This document shows, piece by piece, positions 39,816 through 47,057 of a DNA stretch of 47,057 nt. The notes under the pieces are model-generated. The model worked only from the letters and a program-made list of their open reading frames with translations, had not been told where the DNA came from and did no database searches. Position 1 is the stretch's first letter. The number at the start of each line of letters is the position of its first letter. Position numbers and translations under genes: made by a program. Source of the DNA: Steroidobacteraceae bacterium (GTDB lineage Bacteria > Chloroflexota > Limnocylindria > QHBO01); contig JAICUY010000004.1 of NCBI GenBank assembly GCA_025935615.1, forward strand, positions 1 through 47,057, given 5' to 3'.

Positions 39816-40901
39816 CTACTCCCCCAGGAACTCGCGGATCAACGACTGGAAGTGATAGACGCCGTTCTCGCGCTTCGCGCTGAATCGGCCGGTGTCGTAC
39901 GAGCGCGAGCGCAGGCCGCGCTGCACCTGCTCGCAGATGACGATGTCCTCCTGCTGGATCTCGTCCGAGAAGGCGATCGTCTGCTGCATGCTCTCCCAGC
40001 CCGGCCCGGTGCCTGGCTCGGCGAAGAACCACTCGAAGATGGTCAGGGTCCTGTCCGGACCGACAGGCAGGATCACGTTCGACGACATGTTGTCCTGGTA
40101 GATGTTGAACATCGTGTTGGGAAAGAGCCAGTAGTAGAGCGCCGACTCCTCCGCTCCTGGCTGCCGCAGGTAGCGACGGTCGACCCCGATCTCCTGCCCC
40201 GGCTTCAGCTCGCGGATGGGGGCGTGCTGCTTGGAGTAGAAGCGAAACTCTTCCACCCGGTAGTTGTCGTAGTCGAGCTCCTTGAACAGGCTCGGGTGCG
40301 CGATCGGCAGGTGGTAGCCCTCGAGGTAGTTGTCGACGTAGACCTTCCAGTTGCAGTCGATCAGATAGTCGCGGCGCTCGACCAGGCGCATGGACTCGAC
40401 GTCGTAGCCCGCGGCCGCCACCTCGTCCGGAATGGCGCCCATCACCTCGCGCAACGGCGGAGCCGAGTCGGAGAGATTGACGAAGACGAACGGCCCCCAT
40501 CGGTCGACCCGCACCGGCATGAGCCCGAAGTCCTCCTTGCGGAAGCCATCGCTCTCCTCCATCTCCGGCGCGGCACGCAGGCAGCCGTCGAGTCCGTAGG
40601 TCCAGCCGTGGTAGCGGCATTGCAGCGACTTGCGGTTCCCCTTGGTCAGCGCCACCTGGCCCGCCCGATGGCGGCACACGTTGTAGAAGGCGCGCAGCTC
40701 CTCGTCGAGGCCGCGCGTGATCACGATCGGCTCGTCGAGGACGGTCACCGGCACGAAGTCGCCGACGCGCTGCAGCTCGTCGACGCGGGCCACGAGCTGC
40801 CAGGTCGCGCCGAAGACTCGCTCCTTCTCGTCCTCGAGGTAGGCAGGGTCGAGGTAGTAACGCGACGGCAGCGTTCGCGCGCGCGCCAACGGGATCGACA
40901 T
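39816..40901 (-). CDS. Rieske non-heme iron oxygenase alpha subunit (choline monooxygenase/CntA-like)
   Basis: NVCRHRA...CRYHGW, NWKVYVDNYLEGYHLPIAHP, EDIVICEQVQRGL; TACACT 6 nt upstream of ATG 40901. Confidence 0.93.
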   Translation of the reverse strand: MSIPLARARTLPSRYYLDPAYLEDEKERVFGATWQLVARVDELQRVGDFVPVTVLDEPIVITRGLDEELRAFYNVCRHRAGQVALTKGNRKSLQCRYHGWTYGLDGCLRAAPEMEESDGFRKEDFGLMPVRVDRWGPFVFVNLSDSAPPLREVMGAIPDEVAAAGYDVESMRLVERRDYLIDCNWKVYVDNYLEGYHLPIAHPSLFKELDYDNYRVEEFRFYSKQHAPIRELKPGQEIGVDRRYLRQPGAEESALYYWLFPNTMFNIYQDNMSSNVILPVGPDRTLTIFEWFFAEPGTGPGWESMQQTIAFSDEIQQEDIVICEQVQRGLRSRSYDTGRFSAKRENGVYHFQSLIREFLGE

Positions 40902-40933
40902 GCGCCGAGTGTATCGGTCGAGCAAGCGCCTGA

Positions 40934-40964
40934 CCGATGCAGTAGCGGCATCGGATGCAGTAGC
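40934..40964. promoter_or_regulatory. Candidate operator between divergent Rieske and ABC transporter genes
   Basis: GATGCAGTAGC twice (40936-40946, 40954-40964) overlapping inverted repeat CCGATGC-N7-GCATCGG. Confidence 0.5.
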
Positions 40965-41016
40965 CTTGTCCACAATCGCGCCCGGACCTACGCGACCCGG
41001 GGCCACTGGAGGATCC

Positions 41017-41964
41017 ATGTTCCGCGCCACCCGTCCGATCACCGTCCTGGCGACAGCCATCCTGGCTCTGCTCACGGCGTGCAGCGGCACGTCGCCGAGC
41101 CCGACAACATCGCTTCCCACGGGTGCACCGAGCGGCAGCAATGTCGTCTCGCCGAGCACGGCCCCCGGTCCCGTCGCAACCGTGCCCGATGACCAGCTCG
41201 CGTTTCCCGGCAAGCTCGTGGTCTGTTCGGATATCCCCTATCCGCCGCAGGAGTTCTTCGACGACAGCGGCAAGGCGGTGGGTTCCGATATCGAGATCGC
41301 CGAAGGGATCGCCACCAACCTCGGCCTCGAGCCGCAGATCGAAAACTCCGTCTTCGACACGATCATCGCGGCCGTGACCAGCGGCAAGTGCGACATCATC
41401 GTCAGCGCGCAGAACATCACATCCGACCGGGTGAAGCAGGTCGACATGATCCCGTACTTCCAGGCCGGCCAGTCCTTCGTGGTCGCCAAGGGCAACCCGG
41501 CCGGGATCAAGACCGAGGACGACCTGTGCGGCAAGTCGGTCGCAGCGGAGACCGGCACGACCGAGATCGACTACCTGAAGGGCACCGGCGATTACGAGGG
41601 CAAGGGTCTTACCGCCGCCTGCCAGAGCAAGGGCAACGAGCCCATCGATATCAAGGAGTACCCGAAGGACAGCGACGCGCTGGCGGCCCTGATCAGCGGG
41701 AACACCGATGCCTACTTCGCCGACTCGCCGGTCGCCGGTTATTACACCGTCCAGCAGCCCGATAAGTTCGAGCTCTCCGGTCTGACGTTGGACGTGGCTC
41801 AGGAGGGCATCAGCGTCCCGAAGGACAAGAACGAGCTTCGTGACGCCGTTGCGACCGCCCTGAAGTCGATGATGGACGACGGCACCTATGGGCAGATCCT
41901 CGACAAGTACGGCGTCGCCGACGGCGCGCTCGAGTCGAGCGACGTGGTGCCGGTGACGAAGTAG
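41017..41964 (+). CDS. Polar amino-acid ABC transporter substrate-binding lipoprotein
   Basis: Lipobox LLTAC, SDIPYPPQEF, G.DIEIA, FDTII, ITSDR..QVD; GGAGG SD. Confidence 0.94.
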   Translation: MFRATRPITVLATAILALLTACSGTSPSPTTSLPTGAPSGSNVVSPSTAPGPVATVPDDQLAFPGKLVVCSDIPYPPQEFFDDSGKAVGSDIEIAEGIATNLGLEPQIENSVFDTIIAAVTSGKCDIIVSAQNITSDRVKQVDMIPYFQAGQSFVVAKGNPAGIKTEDDLCGKSVAAETGTTEIDYLKGTGDYEGKGLTAACQSKGNEPIDIKEYPKDSDALAALISGNTDAYFADSPVAGYYTVQQPDKFELSGLTLDVAQEGISVPKDKNELRDAVATALKSMMDDGTYGQILDKYGVADGALESSDVVPVTK

Positions 41965-41977
41965 TCACCCGCGTCCC

Positions 41978-42877
41978 GTGCGAACCGCACCAGGAGAATC
42001 ACTGATCGGAACCCGGCCGGCACGATTGCTGGCCGGGTTCGTCGTCCTGGTCCTCCTGCTGTCGGCGTGCGAGAGGAACGTCTCCTACCAGTACCGCTGG
42101 GACCTCTTCTTCAAGTCCGTCTTCACACCGAGCCCCTTGATCCTGGGCGGCCTTGGCCTGACGGTCGCTATCGCCGTCGTCAGCCAGGTGGTTGGCGTGA
42201 TCCTCGGCGTCCTTGGTGCGCTCGGCCGCCTTTCGTCAGCGGCCCCCATTCGGTGGCTGGCCGGCTTCTACGTGTGGATCTTCCGCGGCACGCCTTTGCT
42301 TGTGCAGATCACGTTCGTGTACTTCGGCCTGGGCGTTGCCGGCATCTATGCCTGGGATCGTCATCCGCTGTTCGGGATCGCCGGCGCCATCCAGGCCGGG
42401 ACCGTAGCGCTGGCGCTCAACGAGGGTGCCTACATGACCGAGATCGTGCGCGCCGGCATCCTGTCGGTGGACATCGGGCAGATGGAGGCTGCCAAGGCGC
42501 TGGGCATGACGTATCGCCAGGCGATGCGTCGGATCGTGCTTCCGCAGGCGGCGCGGATCATCGTTCCGCCGCTCGGCAACGAATTCAACAACATGCTCAA
42601 GACGACCTCTCTGCTGGTCATCCTCGGCGTCGGCGAGCTGTACGTGACCTTCTCGCGACTGAACGGCACGCTGTTCGCCCCGTTTGAGCTGTTCCTGGCC
42701 TGCGCGCTCTGGTTCCTGCTGCTGACGACCATCTGGAGCTTCATTCAGAGCTGGATCGAACGGCGGCTGGGCCGTGGCTTTGCACCGACCGACAGCGGGC
42801 CGGGCTGGCGCGGCCGCCTGTTCGGCAGCCGCCTCCGACCGATCGAGGATCCGAGCCAGGTCAGCGGCGGCCGCTGA
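41978..42877 (+). CDS. Polar amino-acid ABC transporter permease
   Basis: [23 protein letters not shown] loop [20 protein letters not shown]. Confidence 0.95.
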   Translation: MRTAPGESLIGTRPARLLAGFVVLVLLLSACERNVSYQYRWDLFFKSVFTPSPLILGGLGLTVAIAVVSQVVGVILGVLGALGRLSSAAPIRWLAGFYVWIFRGTPLLVQITFVYFGLGVAGIYAWDRHPLFGIAGAIQAGTVALALNEGAYMTEIVRAGILSVDIGQMEAAKALGMTYRQAMRRIVLPQAARIIVPPLGNEFNNMLKTTSLLVILGVGELYVTFSRLNGTLFAPFELFLACALWFLLLTTIWSFIQSWIERRLGRGFAPTDSGPGWRGRLFGSRLRPIEDPSQVSGGR

Positions 42878-43692
42878 TGACGCAGATTTCGCCGCACATC
42901 CTCGACGCGCTGGGCACCGTCGGTCCGGCCTCGGGCACCGTGGTTCAGGCGACGGACGTCCACAAGTGGTTCGGTCGGCTGCACGTGCTGAAAGGCGTTT
43001 CGCTGGAGGTGGCTCGCCGCGAGGTGGTCGTCATCATCGGTCCGTCCGGCTCGGGGAAGACGACCTTCATCCGCTGCATCAACCATCTCGAGAAGATCCA
43101 GCAGGGGCGGATCTTCGTGAACGGCCATCTCATCGGCTACCGCGAGGCGAACGGCAAGCTGGTGGAGGATCGCGAGAAGAACATCGCGCGCCAGCGGCAG
43201 GAGATCGGCATGGTCTTCCAGCGCTTCAACCTGTTCCCGCACCTCACCGCGCTGGGCAACGTGGTCGAGGCGCCATTGCGGGTTCGACACATGCCCGAGC
43301 ATGAGGCGCGCGACATGGGCCGCGACCTGCTGACCCGCGTCGGGCTCGCCGGCAAGCTGGACGCGTATCCGGCTCAGCTGTCCGGCGGCCAGCAGCAACG
43401 GGTCGCGATCGCCCGCGCGCTGGCGATGAACCCCGCGCTCCTCCTGTTCGACGAGCCGACCAGCGCCCTCGATCCGGAGATGATCGGCGAGGTGCTCGAC
43501 GTGATGAAGGCGCTGGCGGCGGATGGGATGACGATGATCGTCGTCAGCCACGAGATGGGATTCGCGCGGGAGGCCGCCGACCGGGTGGTGATGGTCGACG
43601 ACGGTCAGATCATCGAGCAGGGATCGCCCGACGAGGTATTCGGCAGTCCCCGACACGAGCGCACGAAGGCGTTCCTCTCCAAGATCGTCTGA
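42877..43692 (+). CDS. Polar amino-acid ABC transporter ATP-binding protein (GlnQ family)
   Basis: [54 protein letters not shown]. Confidence 0.97.
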   Translation: MTQISPHILDALGTVGPASGTVVQATDVHKWFGRLHVLKGVSLEVARREVVVIIGPSGSGKTTFIRCINHLEKIQQGRIFVNGHLIGYREANGKLVEDREKNIARQRQEIGMVFQRFNLFPHLTALGNVVEAPLRVRHMPEHEARDMGRDLLTRVGLAGKLDAYPAQLSGGQQQRVAIARALAMNPALLLFDEPTSALDPEMIGEVLDVMKALAADGMTMIVVSHEMGFAREAADRVVMVDDGQIIEQGSPDEVFGSPRHERTKAFLSKIV

Positions 43693-43727
43693 GGCCGGCA
43701 TCCGAGGCAGCGGTGGCTTGCCGGGCG

Positions 43728-43754
43728 TGCAACCTTTCGGACGACGCGATCGTC
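43728..43754 (+). promoter_or_regulatory. ECF-sigma-type promoter candidate
   Basis: TGCAAC-N17-CGTC, 62 nt upstream of ATG 43817. Confidence 0.5.
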
Positions 43755-43816
43755 CTGTCAGTCAAATCCGGCACGCGGCGTGCATCGAGGGCGCCATCAC
43801 CTTATCGAGGGGATCC

Positions 43817-44008
43817 ATGGTCACGCGAAGCTGCACTCATTGTGAGGCCGAGATCGAGGTGCTCGACGAGGCTCGGACGGTGTGCCCCATCTGCGGGCTC
43901 GACCCGGACCAGCCGAAGCTCGGCTTCGACGACGCCCCGGCGTTCTTCTTCTCCCCATACACTCGCCTGGAGCCGATCCCGGTGCCCGTCGAGGGTCGCC
44001 TCTTCTAG
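43817..44008 (+). CDS. Small zinc-ribbon protein, 63 aa
   Basis: CTHC-x13-CPICG; GAGGGG SD; followed by hairpin. Confidence 0.75.
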   Translation: MVTRSCTHCEAEIEVLDEARTVCPICGLDPDQPKLGFDDAPAFFFSPYTRLEPIPVPVEGRLF

Positions 44009-44061
44009 GCTCTTCCGCTCCTCACCCCCGACCGGCACACTCTTCGGACCGGCAACCGATG

Positions 44062-44087
44062 CGCCGCTCCCTTCCGCGGGAGCGGCG
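44062..44087. terminator. GC-rich hairpin between convergent genes
   Basis: Perfect 10-bp stem CGCCGCTCCC-ttccgc-GGGAGCGGCG; no clear U-tract. Confidence 0.6.
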
Positions 44088-44098
44088 TCGTTGGTGCC

Positions 44099-44554
44099 TC
44101 AGCGGGAGCCGTAGACCTGGGCTCGAGGCAGTCGCGCGGCCTCGTCCTCGGCCCGGACCCGGTCGGTCGCCGGCTGGAGCGCTGCGGGCACATCCTGCGG
44201 CTGGCCGCCTTCGTGGCGGATCAGCCAGCGCAGCCCGGCTTGGGTGAGCTCGCCACCGCCGGCCGTGCCGGGCTCGATGAACGGCGCGTTCAGCAGCCGT
44301 CGACCCGCCAGCCGTTCGACGGAGAGCTGGAGCTTGAACGGGTCGATGCCGAGCTCGTCGGCGAGCGGCGCGAGATCGACGAAGCGGTTCGGGAAGAGGC
44401 GCAGGAAGCGCAGGATAGCGGCGTCGAGGGCGTCCCCTTCCGCTGATCCACCGGGCGCGACCTTGGACGCAGCCCCGGCCGATGGCGTGATGGCGAGATC
44501 CGCGTCGGCGGGCTGCGGAGGGCGACGGCGACGCCGCGGTGGTCGGCTGCTCAC
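44099..44554 (-). CDS. Hypothetical protein with probable winged helix-turn-helix domain
   Basis: DAAILRFL...DLAPLADELGID...SVERL..RRLL...ELTQAG pattern; TATCCT 6 nt upstream of GTG 44554. Confidence 0.65.
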   Translation of the reverse strand: MSSRPPRRRRRPPQPADADLAITPSAGAASKVAPGGSAEGDALDAAILRFLRLFPNRFVDLAPLADELGIDPFKLQLSVERLAGRRLLNAPFIEPGTAGGGELTQAGLRWLIRHEGGQPQDVPAALQPATDRVRAEDEAARLPRAQVYGSR

Positions 44555-44571
44555 GTGGACAGGATAGCCGC

Positions 44572-47057
44572 TCAGCCCAGCTCGACGCGGACCGGCACTC
44601 CGGCGGCGAGCCGGACGACCTCGCTCAGACGCTCGTCCCACGCCACCCTGTCGGGGAGCCGAACCTGGCGCGTCTCGCCCGCCACGGGGATCGACAGCAC
44701 GACGGGCAGCGGCCCGGGACGGCCGGCCAGCGCGCCCTTCACCGACTCGATCGCGCGCAACAGCTGGTCGGACGGCACCTCCGTTCCGATCGACACGCTC
44801 ACCGTGGCGGCGCCGTCGACAGGCGCCGATTGGAGTGGAACCGCTTCGGGCGGCGCCTCGGGCTCGTCGTCATCCTCCGATCCGACCGACACGGCGACCG
44901 AAACGGGTGCGACCACCGGAACGGCCGCGCGGCCATTGGCCTGGCCGTTCTGTCCTGCATTGGCTCCGTTTCCAGCGTACGGTCGGCCGCCCCGCGCCCG
45001 CAGCAGCCGATCACGCTCGGCGGTGAACGCCTCCATGCCCATCCGCACGGCGTCGTCCCAGGCGTGAACCGCCTCGCACAGCAGCTGGGTGGAGTCGTCG
45101 CGATGGTCGACGCGGCCGGTGACGAGGACGCGAGTGTCATCGGCCCAGGCATTGGCGGTCTGCTCGAAGACCTTCGGAAAGACCACGACCTCGATGCTTC
45201 CCTGCAGGTCCTCGAGCGTGGCGACCAGCATGGTCGATCCAGCGCGGGTGATGACACGCCGCGACGTCTGGATGATGCCGCCCAGCGTGACCTTGGCCTG
45301 GTCCGTCTCCTCGGCCAGCTCCCCGGTGTAAGCGGTGACGTAGTCGGGCAGCAGACCGGCGATGTCGCCCAGCGGATGCTCCGAGAGGTACAGCCCGATG
45401 AGCTCCTTCTCCCAGCGAAGCCGCTCACGGCGCGGGATCTCGTCGCCGTCGTCAAGGAAGGTGATGTCGGGTCCGGTCTCGGCCGGCGCGAAGAGGTCGA
45501 ACAGGGTTCCCTGTCCCGCCGCGACGTCGCGCTGGTGTCGCGCGCCGGTCTCGAGCGCCAGATCCAACCGTGCCAGCAGTGCGCCGGGCGTCCCGAGCGA
45601 CGCGAGCGCACCGGCTTTGACGAGCGACTCGACGACTCGCTTGTTGACGGTGCGCAGGTCGACGCGCCGGCACAGGTCGTCGAGCGAGCGGAAGAGACCC
45701 GGCTCCTCGCCGCCGTCGCGCACCCCGACGATCGCCTCGATCGCTCCCTCGCCGACGTTCTTGATTGCCGCGAGGCCGAACCGGATGGCGCGGGTGCCGT
45801 CCGCATCGGTTTCGACAGTGAAGAGCGCATGCGACTTCTGGACGTCAGGTGGCCGCACCTCGATGCCCAGCCGCCGGCACTCGGCGATGACCGCCGCCAC
45901 CTTCTCGGCGCGCTCGCGAAAGCCGTTGAGGACGGCGGTCATGAACTCGATCGGATAGTTGGCCTTGAGATACGCCGTCTGGTATGCGATCAGGCCGTAG
46001 CACGTGGCGTGGGCCTTGTTGAAGCCGTATCGGGCGAATGGCTCGAACTCGCTGAAGACCTTGTCGACGATGGCCGCAGAGATCCCCTTGCGGCGGGCGC
46101 CTTCCTTGAACTTCGCCTCGTGCTGGCGGAGGACGTCCTCCTTCTTCTTGCGGATGGCGTAGCACAGGTTGTCGGCCTCGGGACCGGTGTAGTCGGCCAT
46201 GGCGATGGCCGCGGTCATGATGTCTTCCTGATAGACGAAGATGCCGTACGTGTCCTTCAGCGCGGGCTCGAGCGACGGATGGAGGTACGTCACCGGCTCC
46301 TCGCCGTGTTTGCGCCGGATGTAGGCGGGGATGTTGGCCATGGGTCCGGGACGGAAGAGGGCGACCATGGCCGCCAGGTCGCGCACCTCGGTCGGCCGCA
46401 GCTCCTTGACGTAGCGGCGCATGCCGCCGCCCTCGAGCTGGAAGATGCCGGTCGTCTCGCCGGTTGACAGCAGCTCGAAGGTCCTGGCGTCGTCGAGGGG
46501 CAGAGCATCGACGTCGAGCTTCACGCCCTGGTGCTTCTCGACCAGCTCGACCGCATCGGCCAGGATGGTGAGGTTGATGAGGCCCAGGAAGTCGAACTTC
46601 AGCAGGCCCAGCGCCTCGCAGGCGTGCATCTCGAACTGGGTCATGGTGGTCCGGCCGTCGGTGGCGCGTTGGAGCGGCATGATCTCGGTCAGCGGCTCGC
46701 GACTGATGACGATGCCGGCGGCATGGGTCGACGCGTGGCGCGAGACGCCCTCGACCTGCTTGCCGATATCGATCAGCTTCGCGACGCGATCGTCGCCGGC
46801 CATCAGTTCCCGCAACTGCGGGCTGGTCTCCACCGCCCGATCCAATGAGATGTTCAGCTCGTTGGGGACCGCCTTGGCCACGCGATCCGCCTCGGCGTAG
46901 GTCAGGCCCATGGCCCGCCCGACGTCGCGGATGGCGGCCTTGGCGCCCAGGGTCCCGAAGGTGATGATCTGCGCCACCCGGTCGTCGCCGTACTTGCGGG
47001 TGACGTACTCGATCACCTCGTCGCGGCGGCTGTCCTGGAAGTCGATATCGATGTCCG
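44572..47057 (-). CDS. dnaE: DNA polymerase III alpha subunit, 5' end outside window
   Basis: DIDIDF at window edge, STHAAGIVI, GLLKFDFLGL, GIFQLE, YQE, YGFNKAHA, clamp motif QGTLF, LYLSEHPL, OB fold. Confidence 0.98.
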   Translation of the reverse strand, partial: DIDIDFQDSRRDEVIEYVTRKYGDDRVAQIITFGTLGAKAAIRDVGRAMGLTYAEADRVAKAVPNELNISLDRAVETSPQLRELMAGDDRVAKLIDIGKQVEGVSRHASTHAAGIVISREPLTEIMPLQRATDGRTTMTQFEMHACEALGLLKFDFLGLINLTILADAVELVEKHQGVKLDVDALPLDDARTFELLSTGETTGIFQLEGGGMRRYVKELRPTEVRDLAAMVALFRPGPMANIPAYIRRKHGEEPVTYLHPSLEPALKDTYGIFVYQEDIMTAAIAMADYTGPEADNLCYAIRKKKEDVLRQHEAKFKEGARRKGISAAIVDKVFSEFEPFARYGFNKAHATCYGLIAYQTAYLKANYPIEFMTAVLNGFRERAEKVAAVIAECRRLGIEVRPPDVQKSHALFTVETDADGTRAIRFGLAAIKNVGEGAIEAIVGVRDGGEEPGLFRSLDDLCRRVDLRTVNKRVVESLVKAGALASLGTPGALLARLDLALETGARHQRDVAAGQGTLFDLFAPAETGPDITFLDDGDEIPRRERLRWEKELIGLYLSEHPLGDIAGLLPDYVTAYTGELAEETDQAKVTLGGIIQTSRRVITRAGSTMLVATLEDLQGSIEVVVFPKVFEQTANAWADDTRVLVTGRVDHRDDSTQLLCEAVHAWDDAVRMGMEAFTAERDRLLRARGGRPYAGNGANAGQNGQANGRAAVPVVAPVSVAVSVGSEDDDEPEAPPEAVPLQSAPVDGAATVSVSIGTEVPSDQLLRAIESVKGALAGRPGPLPVVLSIPVAGETRQVRLPDRVAWDERLSEVVRLAAGVPVRVELG

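Noticed and set aside
37410-44090. Genomic island integrated at tRNA-Leu(CAA)
   Set aside because: No integrase and no duplicated tRNA 3' end found by eye downstream

Overview
High-GC, tightly packed bacterial chromosomal segment with mostly minus-strand housekeeping genes. The gene style suggests Chloroflexota, possibly Limnocylindria; this is inference only. Left to right it holds: a tRNA cluster (partial Gln/Glu, Gly, Phe, Val, Leu, Leu) with lemA inside it; secG, gpmI, tpiA, whiA, yvcK, rapZ; an HDAC-family deacetylase; tatC/tatA; pyrF, recJ; secF/secD; a dense repair block (uvrC, NUDIX, compact UvrD-like helicase, uvrA, UDG-family glycosylase, HicB/DinB-like protein, uvrB, mutM, polA) interrupted by an LCP gene, an HD hydrolase and a three-gene Tad pilus module; a J-domain protein; an ECF sigma/anti-sigma pair; tRNA-Leu(CAA); an accessory catabolic block (C-N hydrolase, orphan ORF, Rieske oxygenase, polar amino-acid ABC transporter); two small proteins; and the 3' part of dnaE. 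I found no integrase, transposase, CRISPR array or defence system. The most unusual signals are non-coding. (1) A near-identical triple direct repeat (GGTAAG-type hexamers at 11-bp period) ends 10 nt upstream of a -10-like hexamer in front of both recJ and the UvrD-like helicase, a candidate LexA-independent repair regulon, while uvrA carries a canonical LexA box. (2) A cluster of four TTCACG-N5-CGTGAA-type repeats lies at 39148-39474. (3) Paired TCGGTACCGA palindromes sit between uvrB and the Tad module. (4) Leaderless-type promoter geometry is pervasive. All protein calls rest on motifs read by eye; no database searches were run.
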